In this document: piece after piece, positions 16,702-33,413 of the stretch
How the letters are laid out: every line of letters starts with the position of its first letter
Numbering within the stretch: the stretch's first letter is position 1
Source of the DNA: the human T2T-CHM13v2.0 reference genome, Homo sapiens
Reading direction: 5' to 3' (one strand)
Length of the DNA stretch: 64,000 nucleotides
NCBI RefSeq assembly: GCF_009914755.1
Contig: NC_060936.1
Position numbers and translations under genes: made by a program
The notes under the pieces: generated by a model
Told to the model about the DNA's origin: nothing
Seen by the model: only the letters and a program-made list of their open reading frames with translations
Databases searched by the model: none

Positions 16702-17988
16702 TCATTAAATATTATTAAATGTCTGCTCTGCACTTGGTTCTATTCCAGACTCTGGAAACTAGAAGCAGACCTTAAGATGATGACAACACAGTGACCAGAG
16801 TTAGAGTCAAGCTTTCCAGAGAAGTTAACCTTCACACCTAGCAATGTTGGGGAAATGGGTTCTGTGTACCAATTTGGAATGGCAGTTTTATTCTTTCCTT
16901 ACTGGGGCCTCCATTTTCCTTTACCCTTGTCTTCAGGGCTTGCCGTCAGCTGTTAATGGTGACTGTCTTGGCTTGAGGTTCCATTGGACTGGGTCTGGAG
17001 GGCTGACATTCAGAGTAGGGAGTTTAGGGGATGGGAAGGTGATCTTCTGGCCATTTGAACCCTGGGGATATGCTTTTAATCCTGACTTGATGCCCTCTCT
17101 GCTACCTTACTTTTCTTTTGCATGCCCCGGGGCCTCATGGTTTGCTTCGTTTTCCACCATCTACAGCTTCTGAATGGTTTTTCTCTCCCTTCCCTGCCCT
17201 GTGAAGGAACAGAACATGAGCTTAGAGCATCTCTCTTATCCTTCTTTCACTTGGTAAGCAGTCAGCTCTTCTGACACTTCTGAGGGACACATAGAAGGTT
17301 CAAATGCCCACCTTCCCATCTGCTTTTCAGGACAACTACAGATAGGCACGTAGGATATGGGGGGGGGGGTTCTTTTGTCAAAAAGAAAACTGAGGGAAGA
17401 GAATCCACAGGTAAGTTCCCATAGGTTATCTCCCATAAAGCCTCACAATAAGCAGGCTAAGATGGACATTCTCTTCATTTTTCAGCAAGTGAAGAAACCT
17501 GCCTGGACCTACAGAGCTGGACTTGAACCTGATCTAACTACATTACCTTACACTCTCTCCCCTTTAGAAACTGAAGACCTAAGGGAGAAAGCTTCTTACA
17601 CAGCTGGCACAGCACACTAAATCGTCACAACCCTATGAGGTACATATCACTATTAGCTCATTTTACAGATGAGGAAACTGAGGCACTAAATAATTACTTT
17701 ACTTGCCCACAGTCACAGGGTTTTTAAGTGGTAGAGGAGGGATTCCAATCTAGGCAGTCTTCAAAGCCTGGACTATTCACCATTGTCTTCTGGGCGAAAG
17801 AAGGTGCCTCAGCCACATTCCTGAAGTGTTCCTGTACCCCTGTTTGTCTTGAAGTAATGTTCGCCTGGGTCAGGAGCCACTTCTGTAAAGTTACCAGATA
17901 ACTCTGGGCTCCTGGGAACAAGAGAAAAAGCAGGCTGTGGTAAGATTTGGGCTCTCAGTTGTCCCTGGCTTTGCTGTACAGGGACTAT

Positions 17989-18041
17989 TATATTAGTCAA
18001 GGTTCTCCAGAGAAACAGAACCAATAGGAGAGAGAGAGAGA

Positions 18042-18085
<44 letters not shown>

Positions 18086-18477
18086 GGGAATTGGCTCACA
18101 CTATTACGGAGGCCAATACATCCCATAATCTGCTACCTGCAAGCAGGAGAACCAGGAGAGCTAGTGATGGGCCTCCCAGTCAAGTCTGAAGGCCTGAGAA
18201 CCAGGAGGTCCTATGTCCAAGGACAGGAGAAAACAGATGTTCTGGCTCAAAAAGAGAGTAAATTCAGCTTCCTTTATCCTTTTATTCTATTTGGGCCCTC
18301 CATGGATTGGATGATGCCCACCAACATTGGTGAGGACCATCTTCTTTATTCAGTCCACTGATTCTAATGCTCATCTCATCCAGAAACACCCTCCCAGACA
18401 CACCCAGACATAATGTTTATCAGCTATCTGGGTACCCTTTAGCCTAGTCAAGTTGACCCATAAAATTAATCATCACA
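17989..18477 (-). mobile_element. MLT2 (B/D-like) ERVL LTR with internal (GA)n
   Basis: tatattagtcaaggttctccagagaaacagaaccaatagg...aaaattaatcatcaca. Confidence 0.85.
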
Positions 18478-18545
18478 ACTTTTCCAGGCAACCACCCAGT
18501 TGTTTGATGACAGTTTCTCTTAGGCACATCAGATGTAAAAGCCAA

Positions 18546-19519
<974 letters not shown>

Positions 19520-19815
19520 CCAAAGGGGACCGAAAAGATTTCACTGGAGCTCAACCTTTCATTTTGGTGGGAATGCCCAAGCCAGATCAGAATTAGGTGA
19601 GCCTTGAGCCTCTAACTGAAATGCATGACATTCCTAATTACACAATTCTAAAATTCAGAGCTGAAAAGGGCATTATTTAGCTATGGGTTTGTTTGTGGGT
19701 TTTTTTTTGTAACGAAACCTACATTTTGAAACCTAGGAAAACACATAAAATACTGTAATAAACATCATTTCACTCCAGAACCAATCATTGTTAACATTTT
19801 GCTTCTTTTCTTCAT

Positions 19816-19820
<5 letters not shown>

Positions 19821-19851
<31 letters not shown>

Positions 19852-20132
19852 AGTTGGAGTCTCGCTCTGTCACCTGAGCTGGAGTGCAGTGGTGCGATCT
19901 TGGCTCACTGCAGCCTCTGCCTCCTGGGTTCAAGCGATTCTCCTGCCTCAACCTCTTGAGTAGCTGGGACTGCAAGTGCGTGGCACCACACCTGGCTAAT
20001 TTTTGTATTTTTCGTAGAGACGGGGTTTTGCCATGTTGGCCAGGCTGGTCTCAAACTCCTGATCTCTAGTGATTTGCCCACTTCAGCCTCCCAAAGTGCT
20101 GGGATTACAGGTGTGAGCCACCGTGCCTGGCC
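19821..20132 (-). mobile_element. AluS
   Basis: T30 tail, full dimer. Confidence 0.95.
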
Positions 20133-20590
20133 CTTTTTTATTTAAATAATAGAACTGAGACATTTTAGGTAAAACTGAAGCCTCCTTCATCTTCCACCCC
20201 TAATCAGATTCCACAGTTCCTTCACCAGAGGCAGCCACTACCATGAATTTGGTGTATATTTTTCCAGGTCACTTAAATACTATGATGCTTTACTTGAATA
20301 TACAGTATCCATAAACAAGACAGATATTTTTGAATGTAAGTTTGTTTCTTTTCTTTTAAGTTACATACAGTGGCATCTTCTAGTACAAATTGTTCTGTAA
20401 CTTGCTTTTATTCTCATGCAACATTATATTTTTAAGATCTACCTATCTTAATATGTAGGATTAGTTTATTCCTATGAAATGGTTATAGTGCATTTTATGA
20501 ATATGCCACATTTTATTTACCCGCTTAGCCTGGTGGACATGTAGTTGTTTCCAGTTGTTCACTATTATAAACAATGCTGCAATGAACTTT

Positions 20591-20764
20591 CTTTTTTTTT
20601 TTTTTTCTTTGAGACAGGGTCTCATTCTGTTGCTTAGCCTGGAGGGCAGTGGTGCAATCATAGCTCACTGCAAGCAGCCTCAACCTCCTGGACTCAAGGG
20701 ATCCTTGTGCCTCAGCCTCCAATAGGTGGGACTATAAGTGTGCACCACTACACCGGGCTAATTT

Positions 20765-20805
<41 letters not shown>

Positions 20806-20915
20806 GACGTCTTGCTATGTTGCCCAGGCTGGTCTCAAACTCCTGGCCTCAAGTGATCCTTCCACCTGAGCTCCCAAAGTGCTAGAGTTACAGGTATGAG
20901 CCACTGAGCCTGACC
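20591..20915 (-). mobile_element. AluJ with (TG)n in the linker, inserted in an L1ME fragment (~20140-21090)
   Basis: TSD tgcaa(t/c)gaac; L1M 3' end motifs on both flanks. Confidence 0.9.
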
Positions 20916-21334
20916 TGCAACGAACATTTTTGTGTGGGAGTTCTAGTGCACATATGAGAGAGTTTCTCTAGGACAGTACTTGCTGTGTGCCAAATTGCTC
21001 TCCAAAAAGATTGTAGCAATGTGCATGTCCACTGGCTGAGTACGAAAGTTCTCATTTCACTGCATCCTTGACAGTGCTAAATAATACCTATTTCTTTTTT
21101 CATTCTTGACCTTCACGTTTTATAGCCTTGAGACTTGGGCAGAAACAGTTCTAGAACCCAGGACTCATTTCCAGCCTAGGGCTCAGCAGTTGATTCAAAT
21201 ATTAAACTATCATGCTCTTTTCCCGCTACCTTCCACAAAATTTTCAGAAACATTCTATGGTAGTTGCCAAAGTTGTAGGCCTGGGATTTGGGTTGTGCCC
21301 TGACAACCTACCCTGTATTGTATATATTGTAAAT

Positions 21335-22150
<816 letters not shown>

Positions 22151-24011
22151 AGGCAATCTCATAAAAGAATAAAAATAACCCCTACCCCAAGTCTGGCAGT
22201 AGAGGGGACCTAGCCAGTCTTATCTTTTGTCTCAAAAACCTCCAGGAAAACATGACTTCTTATCTTGTGTTTTCCTATGTGCATATGAGGACTTGCGGCA
22301 AAGTATCGGGTGAAATCATATACAGGATATAAGTACTGTTATTTGGAGGGTCTGAAGCACTTTAAGACAAGACTGGGGATAAAATTCAAGGAATAGTTGA
22401 ATCAAAAACAGATTAATCAGAAGAGGTGCAGAGTATTATGAATGCAATCAAGGAGAAAGATTGTTTGGAGAGAAATGCTAAACAATTCAAGTCTGGAAGG
22501 TTGACGTGATTCCGCTGTTATGAAAATAGGGGGTGCGCTTTTATAGATCAACACACTTCTATGCAAATCATGTATCACTCTACAGAACTCATTGTTCAAA
22601 AATAATATGAAAAGAAATCCTCCTTCCTTCACCTTTGTCCCAGGGGACATTCTGTTGGCTAAAAGAATAGGTCTTCACAGAGGTTTATCAGCACGAATTA
22701 AAGCTTGGGTTTTTTCCCTGAGGGCCATGAGAACTGGAATTTGGCCCTGCATTTATGAATAATGCAAAGAGATGCTAGGGAAAGAGCAGCATGGTGGGAG
22801 GATCTCTGTCTATCCACACTCCTCGATTTTCTCCTTTACTTAATCCAGACCTTGTTTGTTTACAAGCAAGCTAATTAGCCTTTAAGACTTGCAATCCTCA
22901 TCTGAAAATGAGGATGATGATAATTCTGACTTCACAGGACTGTTGTGACTACTGAAACAGATCATGCATTCGAAGTGCCTAGCATATAGAAGGCACTTGA
23001 TAAATGCCAGCCCTTCCTCTTATTAGTTTCTACCCTCTTTGAATTCTTAAGAGGCTTTTCATTGAGAGCCTCATAATTTAGTAGCTGATTGCATACTGTC
23101 TTATACAGTTTGCTATTGTTTCTCCTAAGTTAATCTTATCTTTCTTATGCCTCGTAGAACTTATGAAGGAGATACTGTAAGATCTAAACCCGCTGCTTTA
23201 CAGTGTATGCAATGTGTGCACAGATATTCTTTTACATATCTTTTGATTCCTCCACTTGCTCGGCCCACAGCTGAACATGGACGAGGCACACTACAGTCCG
23301 TATTAACTGATTGATGGCTCTTTGTCACAAAGGCGAATCCCTCCAGAACTTTTTTCAATGATTGGGAATCAGAGACTTTCACTTTGAAGAAAGAGCACAG
23401 TGCATTTTCAACATCCTAAGAGAAAGCTCTCACCTTGAGAATTTTCAGTCTGCTAGATTAAATACAAAATGATTATGAATTCTTCTTCATGAGAGCACGG
23501 TGGTAAAGTTAAAAAGCACCTGTGGCACACTGTTCTTTTTTGAAGAGGAAAACACAGGGCTGTAATGGTACGGCAGAGCCCATTGCTAAGCAACAGAACC
23601 AGGTCTAGACTGCACAGGAGCAAAAATTCTTCTTTGTTCAGTATAATGAAGAATTTTTAAATGGAAAATGCTTAATAGATTTCTAGCAGCAACAATACTC
23701 CTTATGATTTTCTAAAGTACTAATCAGCAGTTGATATCTAACTTTCATGGGAGTCTCTGACAGTAGCTCACTGTTTTGTTTTCTAAATGAAACACTTCAA
23801 CAAGAAGGTTTCAGATCATCAATTTTATAAAAGGCATGGATCTAATGTATGGATTAGAAGTCACCAGTCCCTGTGTTTTAGTTTAAATTCAGGATTATAA
23901 AAATCCATCTCAAGTAATGTCAATACCCGTTAATGTTGATGAAACTATGTTGTTTGTTGGCATAACTTGAAATGAGCAGCATCTGGGAACCTGTTAGAAC
24001 TGCAGATTATT

Positions 24012-24313
<302 letters not shown>

Positions 24314-24671
24314 AATGCAGATTATCGAGCCCCATCCTTGGCCTACTGAATCAAACACTCTGAAGACGGGTTCAGTGCTTGGTGCTTTCTGGGGCTCTCC
24401 AGGTCATTCCTCTATAGTTCAGAGTTTGAGAACCACTGAGTTAAGGGATTGGGATCACTGTGTGAGACACGAAGAAGCAGAGAGTAACGAGTTAGGTCCT
24501 GTTTGGTACTAGTGAGCCCTGGGAATCAGTGGAACTCCCGAGCCATTTGGAACTGGGGAAGAAATCTGTAGTGGTAACTCAGACAGCATGCAGAAAATAG
24601 CATATGAAATGGAGATGCTTCACAGTAGCCTTCACTTCCTGCTGAAATTGGATCTGTCTGTAAACACTGTC

Positions 24672-25227
24672 TGGGATGGTTAATTTTAGGTGTTGACTTG
24701 ACTAGCTGAAGGAATACCTAGAAACTGGGTAAAGCATTATTTTTGGGTGTGTCTGAGCACATTTCCAGAGGAGATTAGCATGTGTGTCTGAATAGACTAA
24801 GTGGGGAAGATCTGCCCTCAATGTGGGTGGGCACCATCTACTCTACTAGGGCCCTGGAGAGAACAAAAACAGAGAAAAGAAGAACATGTCCATCTCTCTG
24901 CTGGGGCTGGGGTACACTCTTCCTCTCCTGGCCTTGGACAACAACTCTGGGCTCCCTGGCCTTTGGATTTCAGGACTTACATCAGCAGCCCCACCAGGCT
25001 TTCAGGCATTTGGCCTTGGACTGAGAGTTACACAATTGGCTTCCCTGGTTCTAAGGCCTTTGGACTTGGACTGAGCCATGCTGTCAACATCTCAGGTCTC
25101 CAGTTTGTGAATGGCCTGTCATGGGACTTCTTAGCCTTCATAATTGCAGAGCCAATTTCCCTAATAAATCCTCTGTCATATATCTATATCTCTTATTAGT
25201 TGTGTTTCTCTAGAGAACCCTAATGCA
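24672..25227 (+). mobile_element. MLT2B ERVL LTR
   Basis: tgggatggttaattttaggtgttgacttgact...ctagagaaccctaatgca. Confidence 0.85.
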
Positions 25228-25725
25228 CCTCCCAATTGTCTCCAAACAATTAAAAAAGGGCACTATTTTAAATGGTCATTTGTCTGTCGAGTATTTACTG
25301 GGTAACTCCTATGGGCCAGGCATCACGGTAGGCATTACAAACAATTGTTTGTAATAAATATATAGTGTTTTGCCGAGTCAGCGGTAATATGCTTATGCAG
25401 AGTTGAAGAAGAGGGATATTTCTTGAAAACTGGAAATTATACAGATTAAAGGAATAGTGAATAGGAATATAAACAGCTAAAGATATAGAAATATAGTTAG
25501 TGAAGTTTCTATTCCTGTGGCCAGATTAAAGATGGCCACAAATTCTTTGATGTCAAATAATTCCTGCATTGAGAGGTGGGATATATTTCCCGCCTCCTTG
25601 GACCTGAGCTGTGACTTCTTTAACAAGTAGAGTATGACAGTTTCAGGCCTAGGCTTGCAAGAATACCAGCAGCTTCTTCCTTGTTCCCTTGGAGCCCTGA
25701 GCTGCCAAGTAAGGCATTAGACTAC

Positions 25726-26086
25726 TGTATTAGTCTGTTCTCACACTGCTGATAAAGACATACCCGAGACTAGGTGATTTATAAAGAAAAAGAGGTTTAA
25801 TGGACTCACAGTTCCATGTGGCTGGGGAGACTTCACAATCATGGTGGAAGGCGAAAGGCGCATCTTACATGGTGGCAGACAAGAGAGAATGAGAGCCAAG
25901 CAAACGGGGAAACCGCTTATAAAACCATCAGATCTCGTGAGACTTATTCACTACCACGAGAACAATATGGGGGAACCTTCCCCTATGATTCAGTTATCTC
26001 CCACTGCATCCCTCCCACAACAGATGGAATTATGGGAGCTACAATTCAAGATGAGATTTGGGTGGGGACACAGTCAAACCATGTCA
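25726..26086 (-). mobile_element. THE1B-like solo LTR nested in an MLT1 LTR (~25517-26385)
   Basis: THE1 termini; 5-bp TSD ACTAC. Confidence 0.92.
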
Positions 26087-27555
26087 ACTACCCTGCTGGA
26101 GAGGGCAGGTGAAGTGCCCTGAGACTACATGGATAATGAGAGGAGTCTTGCTGAGCTCAGCCTTTCATTGTCCTTGCCAAAAAGCCAAGCTTGGGAATGA
26201 AGCCAGATGAACCATCAGATGACTACCACCAAGTAACACCAGTCAACACCATATCGAGCAGAAGAGTCACCCAGCCAAACCCTGACCACATTTCCAACCT
26301 GCAAAGTTGTGAAATATAGTAACTTTGTTGTTGTTTGAAGCCACTAAATTCTGGGGCAGTTTGTTATGAAGCAATGGATAGCCCTGCACTTTAAACCATT
26401 GCTGACAGAGATGGAAAATGACCTAACATGAGTAAAGCCGTCAGACATGGACTCATGTAGAACTACAAAGTGTAAGAAAGAAAAGCAAAACCAGGACAAT
26501 GCAGATGAGGACCAGATTAGAACAGGCCACTCCTGAGTTAGGGTGTCTCCCAAAACCCAGTGAGAAGACACAAGAAGTCAACATCAGAATCACACTATTT
26601 TTACAACTATACAGCAAAATTGTTAAGAGTGCAGGGTATGCAGTCAGGCCAACTTGGCGTTAGAGCCCAGTGCCACCATTACTGGCTGCATGCTTAGAAG
26701 AGAAACTTGACCATGCTAAGATCCAATTTACTCTAGGGCATGTAGTAGTACCTGTCTGTTGTGAAGATTAAATCAGATAATCTGCATACAAGTGCTTTAT
26801 CAGAATACCTGGCTATGCAGGTTCTAGGTCTGCTTGACCTTGAATGTACGCCTTGTCTTTCCCCTGACTTGCTCTGCATGCCGAGTTTCCTGGGCTGTGT
26901 GTTGTCTGATTTCCAGTTGGGTTCAGCCAAGAGGAGGCAACAGCAAAATATTGGAGAGCCAAGGAAGAGAGAGAAGCCTAGCTGTTATACCCTGAATCTC
27001 TTCTAGCCTTTTGTTGTTGTTCATTTTGTATCTGTTTTCTTCTGACTTTTGTTTTCCTCATCAACCTTTTTTTTCTCTCTTTTTTTTCCTGAAGGTATAG
27101 TTCATTGCCTATCCTAGCTCTATACAAGATGGTCTCCAATTCAGCTTCCCAACCTCCATGAGTCCAGGGCTTTACTTCCAGCCTTCCTCTCCCCCTACTC
27201 CCACTCTGCTACCCACTTCACCCACTGCTGCTAAATTTTTAGCCCTATAATTTGTAGGTGAGTATCAGGTGTACAAGGCTCAGCCACCTCCCTGGACTCA
27301 TGCACCCACTCTGGTCATGGCCTCAGAGCAATTTTCTTATTTTTTGTAGGCTTATGCATTCATAAAAGAGTAACTTTTATATTTTATCTTGCATTTTTAA
27401 CATTGTGTAGCATTAGGTTGCAGGATCTCTTATCCACCATGTTGCCAGAGATGTTGAAACTATTTTTTATAGTATTAAGCATTTAGTAAACTCTATTATG
27501 TTTTTCCAGGCTTTTGGTCATTTTGATAAATTTCTTCTTTATTTGTAAAAGTTTC

Positions 27556-27921
27556 TGCTATCGTTTGAATATTTGTGTTCCATCAAAATTCCTATGTTGA
27601 AATTGAATCCCCAATGTGATGGTATTAGGAGGTGGAGCCTTTGGGAGGTGATTAGGTCATGAGGGCGGAGCCCTCATGGAGGGGATTAGTGTCCTTATAA
27701 AAGAAGTCCCAGAGAACTAGTTCATCCCCTCTACCATGTAAAGACACAGTAAGAAGGTGACATCTCTGAGCCAGACAGCAGGCCTTCCCCAGACACCAAA
27801 TCTGCCAGTGCCTTAATCTTGAACTTCTCAGCCTCTAGACATGTGTGAAATTAAATTTTTGTTATTTACAAGTCATCAAGTTCATGATATTTTGTTATAG
27901 CTGTCCAAATGAACTAAGATA
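27556..27921 (+). mobile_element. MLT1A LTR
   Basis: tgctatcgtttgaat...ggtggagcctttgggaggtgattaggtcatgaggg...aactaagata. Confidence 0.85.
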
Positions 27922-28554
27922 GCTCCAAATTAAAATAAATGCTTTATATATAATTAAAAGGAGTTATCTCAAGCAGGCAGATGCTTGCAGTCATTTTTCT
28001 GTTGTCTGGGGTAGCTGTTGGAATTCTGGGTGACATGGCTCTTTATATAGAACTATCCCTTGGATTACAGGCCATTTATACTAACATTCTTGTCCACTAG
28101 ACACCAAATGCCAGGAGATTTCTCTAATCATTATGACAACCCCCCAAAAAATCTTCATACATTTCCAAATGTCGGCACTTCCTGTTGAGAGTCACTAGGG
28201 AAAAAAGCACCCATTGACAGTGTCCATCTGCAGGACTTTTACTGTTCAAATGCGCCATATGTTACAGTTCCACCTGTGACAATTTTTGAAGAGATCATTG
28301 ATCATAAATGTATAGTAATTTTGTCTTGTTTTGTTTTTCCTGGAGACATTAAGGTGAAACGATGCCTACTGCTCATTATATGGGCGACTGGTCTCTTCGA
28401 AAAATGTTTTATAAAATATAAGGTCCAGAAAAAATATGTCCACATCAATATCATAAACTTGGCATCATTTTGAAAGTTTGAGATCAGGTGTGTTAACTCA
28501 GTTAAGATGATTGTAAGGACCACTGCTGAGATTCAGATTGAAAACTAAATTTAG

Positions 28555-28897
<343 letters not shown>

Positions 28898-29789
28898 TCA
28901 TTCTATAGGCTACTAGCCCCTCAACCACAAGTCACTTTACCTCTCTGTGCCTCATTGTTCCCTTTCATAAAATTAGGTGCCATTTCTTAGTTCTTTTCCA
29001 TTTCCAGAATTCTGTGATTATATTATGGTGCACATTCTATGTAATAGTTTGTATTTTTTTCAAAGAGATATCATATATACTAGCTCACTTGATCCTTACA
29101 AGAACCCAATCCTTCTGTATGTAAAAAGAAAATTTTGTCAAGTATCAACTTTGGAGGCCTGAATCTTAGAAAATGTGTAATAATCATTGTACAGGTTCAG
29201 CAGGACACTCAGATATTTATTAATTAACTAACTGAAGAAATGCTGTTTTGGCTAATGTCTTGCTGTGCTCACAGCATATGCGTCATGGGAAGAATGCTCT
29301 TGTATAGCCAAGCTTTGATGTCCATGTGCTCTCAAAGGAAACCACACAAATGCTGCAGCCTTTTAGGGGAGAGCCATGGGGCTCTACATTGAGGCTAAGC
29401 TGCCCTGACCTTACTTTGCTGGATGAGTGTTCTAGGGAATCTGGCCAATCTGAAAGGAACATTCATATTAATATGGTAATAAAAAGCTTGGGACTCTGGA
29501 ATAAGCCTGACTTTTATTTGAATCCTGGCTTTGCCACTTAACTAGTTATAGTTACTTTATAAGGCTGTACAAGGATGGAATTAAATTCAGTGAGCTAATA
29601 TGTGAAAAAATGTCCAGTTTCTGGCATGTAATAAATGTTCAATGATTGTTAACTAAAAAATATTAGGGTGGGAGCTGTCAAAGGAAATTGGATAATTTAA
29701 ATTTAGTCTCAATGAATCTATTACTTACATAAAAACTGTGTTGTTCTGCATTCTGCTCATCTTTCACGTTCAAATACACATTAGGCTTA

Positions 29790-30530
29790 TTCACTAATTG
29801 ATTCATTAATTTCTTAATTCAATGACTATTTATTGAGCACCTATTATGTGTCAAACTCTATTATAAATAAACACTGGAAATGCAGAAGCAAACAAGACAT
29901 TAAGAGTCCCTACTCTTATGGACGTGCATTTTAATGGGGAGTGACAGAAAATATCCTCCTTCCCAATAAAAAAACAAACAAATAAGAAAATTAACTGGTA
30001 ATGATAAATGCTAAGAAAAACATGAAATTAGGCAATGTGATAGACTCTGGGGAGCAATTTTAGATTGGGTGTTCAAGGAAGGCCTCTCTATGGATGAAAA
30101 GATGAAGCAAAGTTCCGGGGTCCAAGCAAGATATGATGTAGAAGAGAGTAGAGGTGGTTAGGATGGAGAGAGGCGAATGGGTTAGGGGATGATGTAGAGG
30201 AAGAGCAATAGTACTTATTGATGGGTCGGACAGTAGGTGTGAGGGACAGAGAGGAATTAAGGAGGAGCCCTGAAGTCTTTGACTTGAGTGGATGGTGGTA
30301 CCATTTACAGAAGTGGAGCAGGCTGAGTAGAGTAAATTGGGAGTGAGAGGATCAGGAGTCTGGTTTGGGAAAGATTAAGTTTGAAGTGCCTATTGAACTC
30401 CAGTGGAGGTGTCAAGTAGACAACTGGATACACAAGGTCATAGCGAAACATTTGGGGGATTTTTGCCTTTAGATAATATTTAATGGAGTGGGCGGGATGA
30501 GAATGGTTAGGGGAAAGAGCACACTCTCAC
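29790..30530 (-). mobile_element. L2 LINE 3' fragment
   Basis: tatttattgagcacctattatgtg...aaggaaggcctctct...tggatggtggtaccatttac. Confidence 0.75.
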
Positions 30531-31019
30531 TTCTCGACAATGGGAGTTAAAAAAGAGAAGAGGTTCCTGGTATATTCTTACATTTTCAGGTATCTATGAC
30601 TCATAACAAAAGCTTACAGTAATAAAATACAGTCCTCATAGAATTACCCACATGGAAATAAATTGATAGGAAATTCTGGCCTTTTCACATTCTTTAGTAT
30701 ACATGAATGGGAATCAGAAATAAGTCGGATTGTAATACACTAGTCATTCTTTGACCCACATTTTTGACTGCCTACTGCTAGGCACTGTATGTAAAAGGAA
30801 ATCAATAGCACAGTCATGTTGTTGGTCAAACATTTACTGAGCACATGCTGTGTGCATAGTACCAGATGAGTCGGGTAGAGACTAAAAAATGGAAAATTAA
30901 TTTTCTGCCCCAAGAAAAAGCGGTCTAAATTAGGGATGGAGTACAAACCACTCAAAAGTTTAAAGAAGAGTATGTTTCCTTTTCCTTCCACATATCTGAT
31001 GTTCTTAGGCCACTAGGAG

Positions 31020-31412
31020 TTCTTGCACTGCTATAAAGAAACACCTGAGACTGGGTAACGCATAAAGAAAAGAGGTTTAATTGGCTCACAGTTGCACAGG
31101 CTGCTAAGGAAGCATGATGCTGGCATCTGCTCAGCTTCTGGGGAGGCCTCAGGAAACTTACAATCATGGCAGAAGGCGAAGGGGAAAGAGGCACATCTTA
31201 TGTGGCCTGAGCAGAAGCAAGGGGTGTGGGGTAGGTGCCACACACTTTTAAACAACCAAATCTCGTGATAACTCACTCACTATCATGAGAACAGCAGCAT
31301 GGGGGAATTCCACCCCCATGATCCAATCACTTCCCAACAGGCCCCACCTCCAACACTGGGTATTACAGTTTGACATGAGATTTGGGCAGGGACACAGATC
31401 TAAGCCATATCA
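31020..31412 (-). mobile_element. MSTA solo LTR, missing about 12 terminal bases at its left end
   Basis: ttcttgcactgctataaagaaacacctgagactgggtaa...gatctaagccatatca. Confidence 0.9.
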
Positions 31413-31743
31413 GGCAGTATGTTTCCTTCCACATATCTGATGTTCTTAGGCCACTAGGAGAAACCCGTTTGTGCCGAATGGATTTGGTGAGGTAGGCCAC
31501 AGTCCATAACTCCTTCTGTCTTTTCCCCTCCCTTCCACTTCTTGACAATGGGTGGGCTTCTCTGAGTAAAGAGAAGTGTATTTCAGCCCATATTTTATTG
31601 CTAGCCAACTAGTACTCTAGGCAACCCAGCATTCATATTCCCATTATTAGAGAAGAAGGTACATTGACATTTTTAATGGGTTGATTTTTTTTGCCTGTTA
31701 AATTAAACACAGTCTCCACTTTCACATTAATATCCACTATTTG

Positions 31744-31865
31744 GGCCGGATGTGGTGACTCACATCTGTAATCCTAGCACTTTGGGAGGCGAAGGCGGGA
31801 GGATCGCTTGAGCCCAGGAGTTCAAGGTGAGACCCTGTCTCTAAGAAAAGAAAAGAAAAAAAAAA
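31744..31865 (+). mobile_element. FLAM / free left Alu monomer
   Basis: Single monomer plus A tail; TSD atccact(a/g)tttg. Confidence 0.85.
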
Positions 31866-31936
31866 TCCACTGTTTGTTCAACATGCTACGCTTCCTGTCT
31901 AGCTAGTATGTAGATTGGATGCATGCCCACTTATCA

Positions 31937-32339
<403 letters not shown>

Positions 32340-33413
32340 TTATTGTCAGAAAGAACAGCCAGCATTAATTATGTGGAAACAAAAATCATTACATTTAGCA
32401 GTCATTTAGTTTTTAAATGAAATTTATTAAGTAACCCCAGATAAAAGCTTTCTTCCTTCAACTACTTGGGACATTTACTGATAAATCATCCTGGCAGACC
32501 AATGGTGAGGTAATTCTGATTGGAAAGAAATTCTCAGTAGGGTCCACGGTGAAGTTCTTTTGTGGTCAATATGGCCAAATAAAATACTCAGGGATATTTT
32601 TGGGGGGAGGATGTCAAAATAACTTCTTTATGCTTGGTGATGTCAAGTTCTGTGATCTCCAAATACTTGGCCATCTTCTGAAACAGGTTCAAACTCTTTT
32701 TGTTGTACATTGAGAAACATCTTGGCCCTCTTCCCTGGTACCAGTGCAGCCTGCTTCTATGTCAATTTGCTTGAACGAGAATGGAAGGTTAGCTATTAAA
32801 TTGTTTGCCACAAAATGTTAAATCAGTCCCCTTCATGTCTGCTATCTGAACCGTATGTATTTCTCTTCCATCAATGATATGCAATGTCAGCCCAGTAGAT
32901 ATTCAGCAGAGATTTTTAGCTATTAAATTTTGCTATTCAGAATACTGAAGTTCAGGGTTGTTACTTAGTACCTGAGAGAATCTAAGTGGCATTCATTTAC
33001 TAGTTTCTTTCAGTCCCTGCATGTAGTTATATCACCAGAAAGTCACTACCTGGACTGCATTATCTTGTGGTTTATATTGGGTTACGATCAGAAATGTCAT
33101 TTGAAGAACATTTTAGTATCTTATGCAAAATAACACGAGAAAATGGCAGTTTATTAACTTATCTGATATTCCTTATAGAAAGAATCATATGATAAATTGC
33201 TGCTTGAAACCAGTGCCAGAGAAATATTAGTCCCTTTAGGTGACTCAGTATATTTTCTTTCTTTGAGAGATGAGAACTCTACAGTAATATGAATGATGTT
33301 GTCTTTTTACTGTGAGTGCCAGGAAACTAAGAAGTTATTTTAACATGTCCTCATACCTTTTTGTGTCCTAATACCTTAAATTCTTGATTTTTGTTTTTTT
33401 TTTAATCCAGCTG

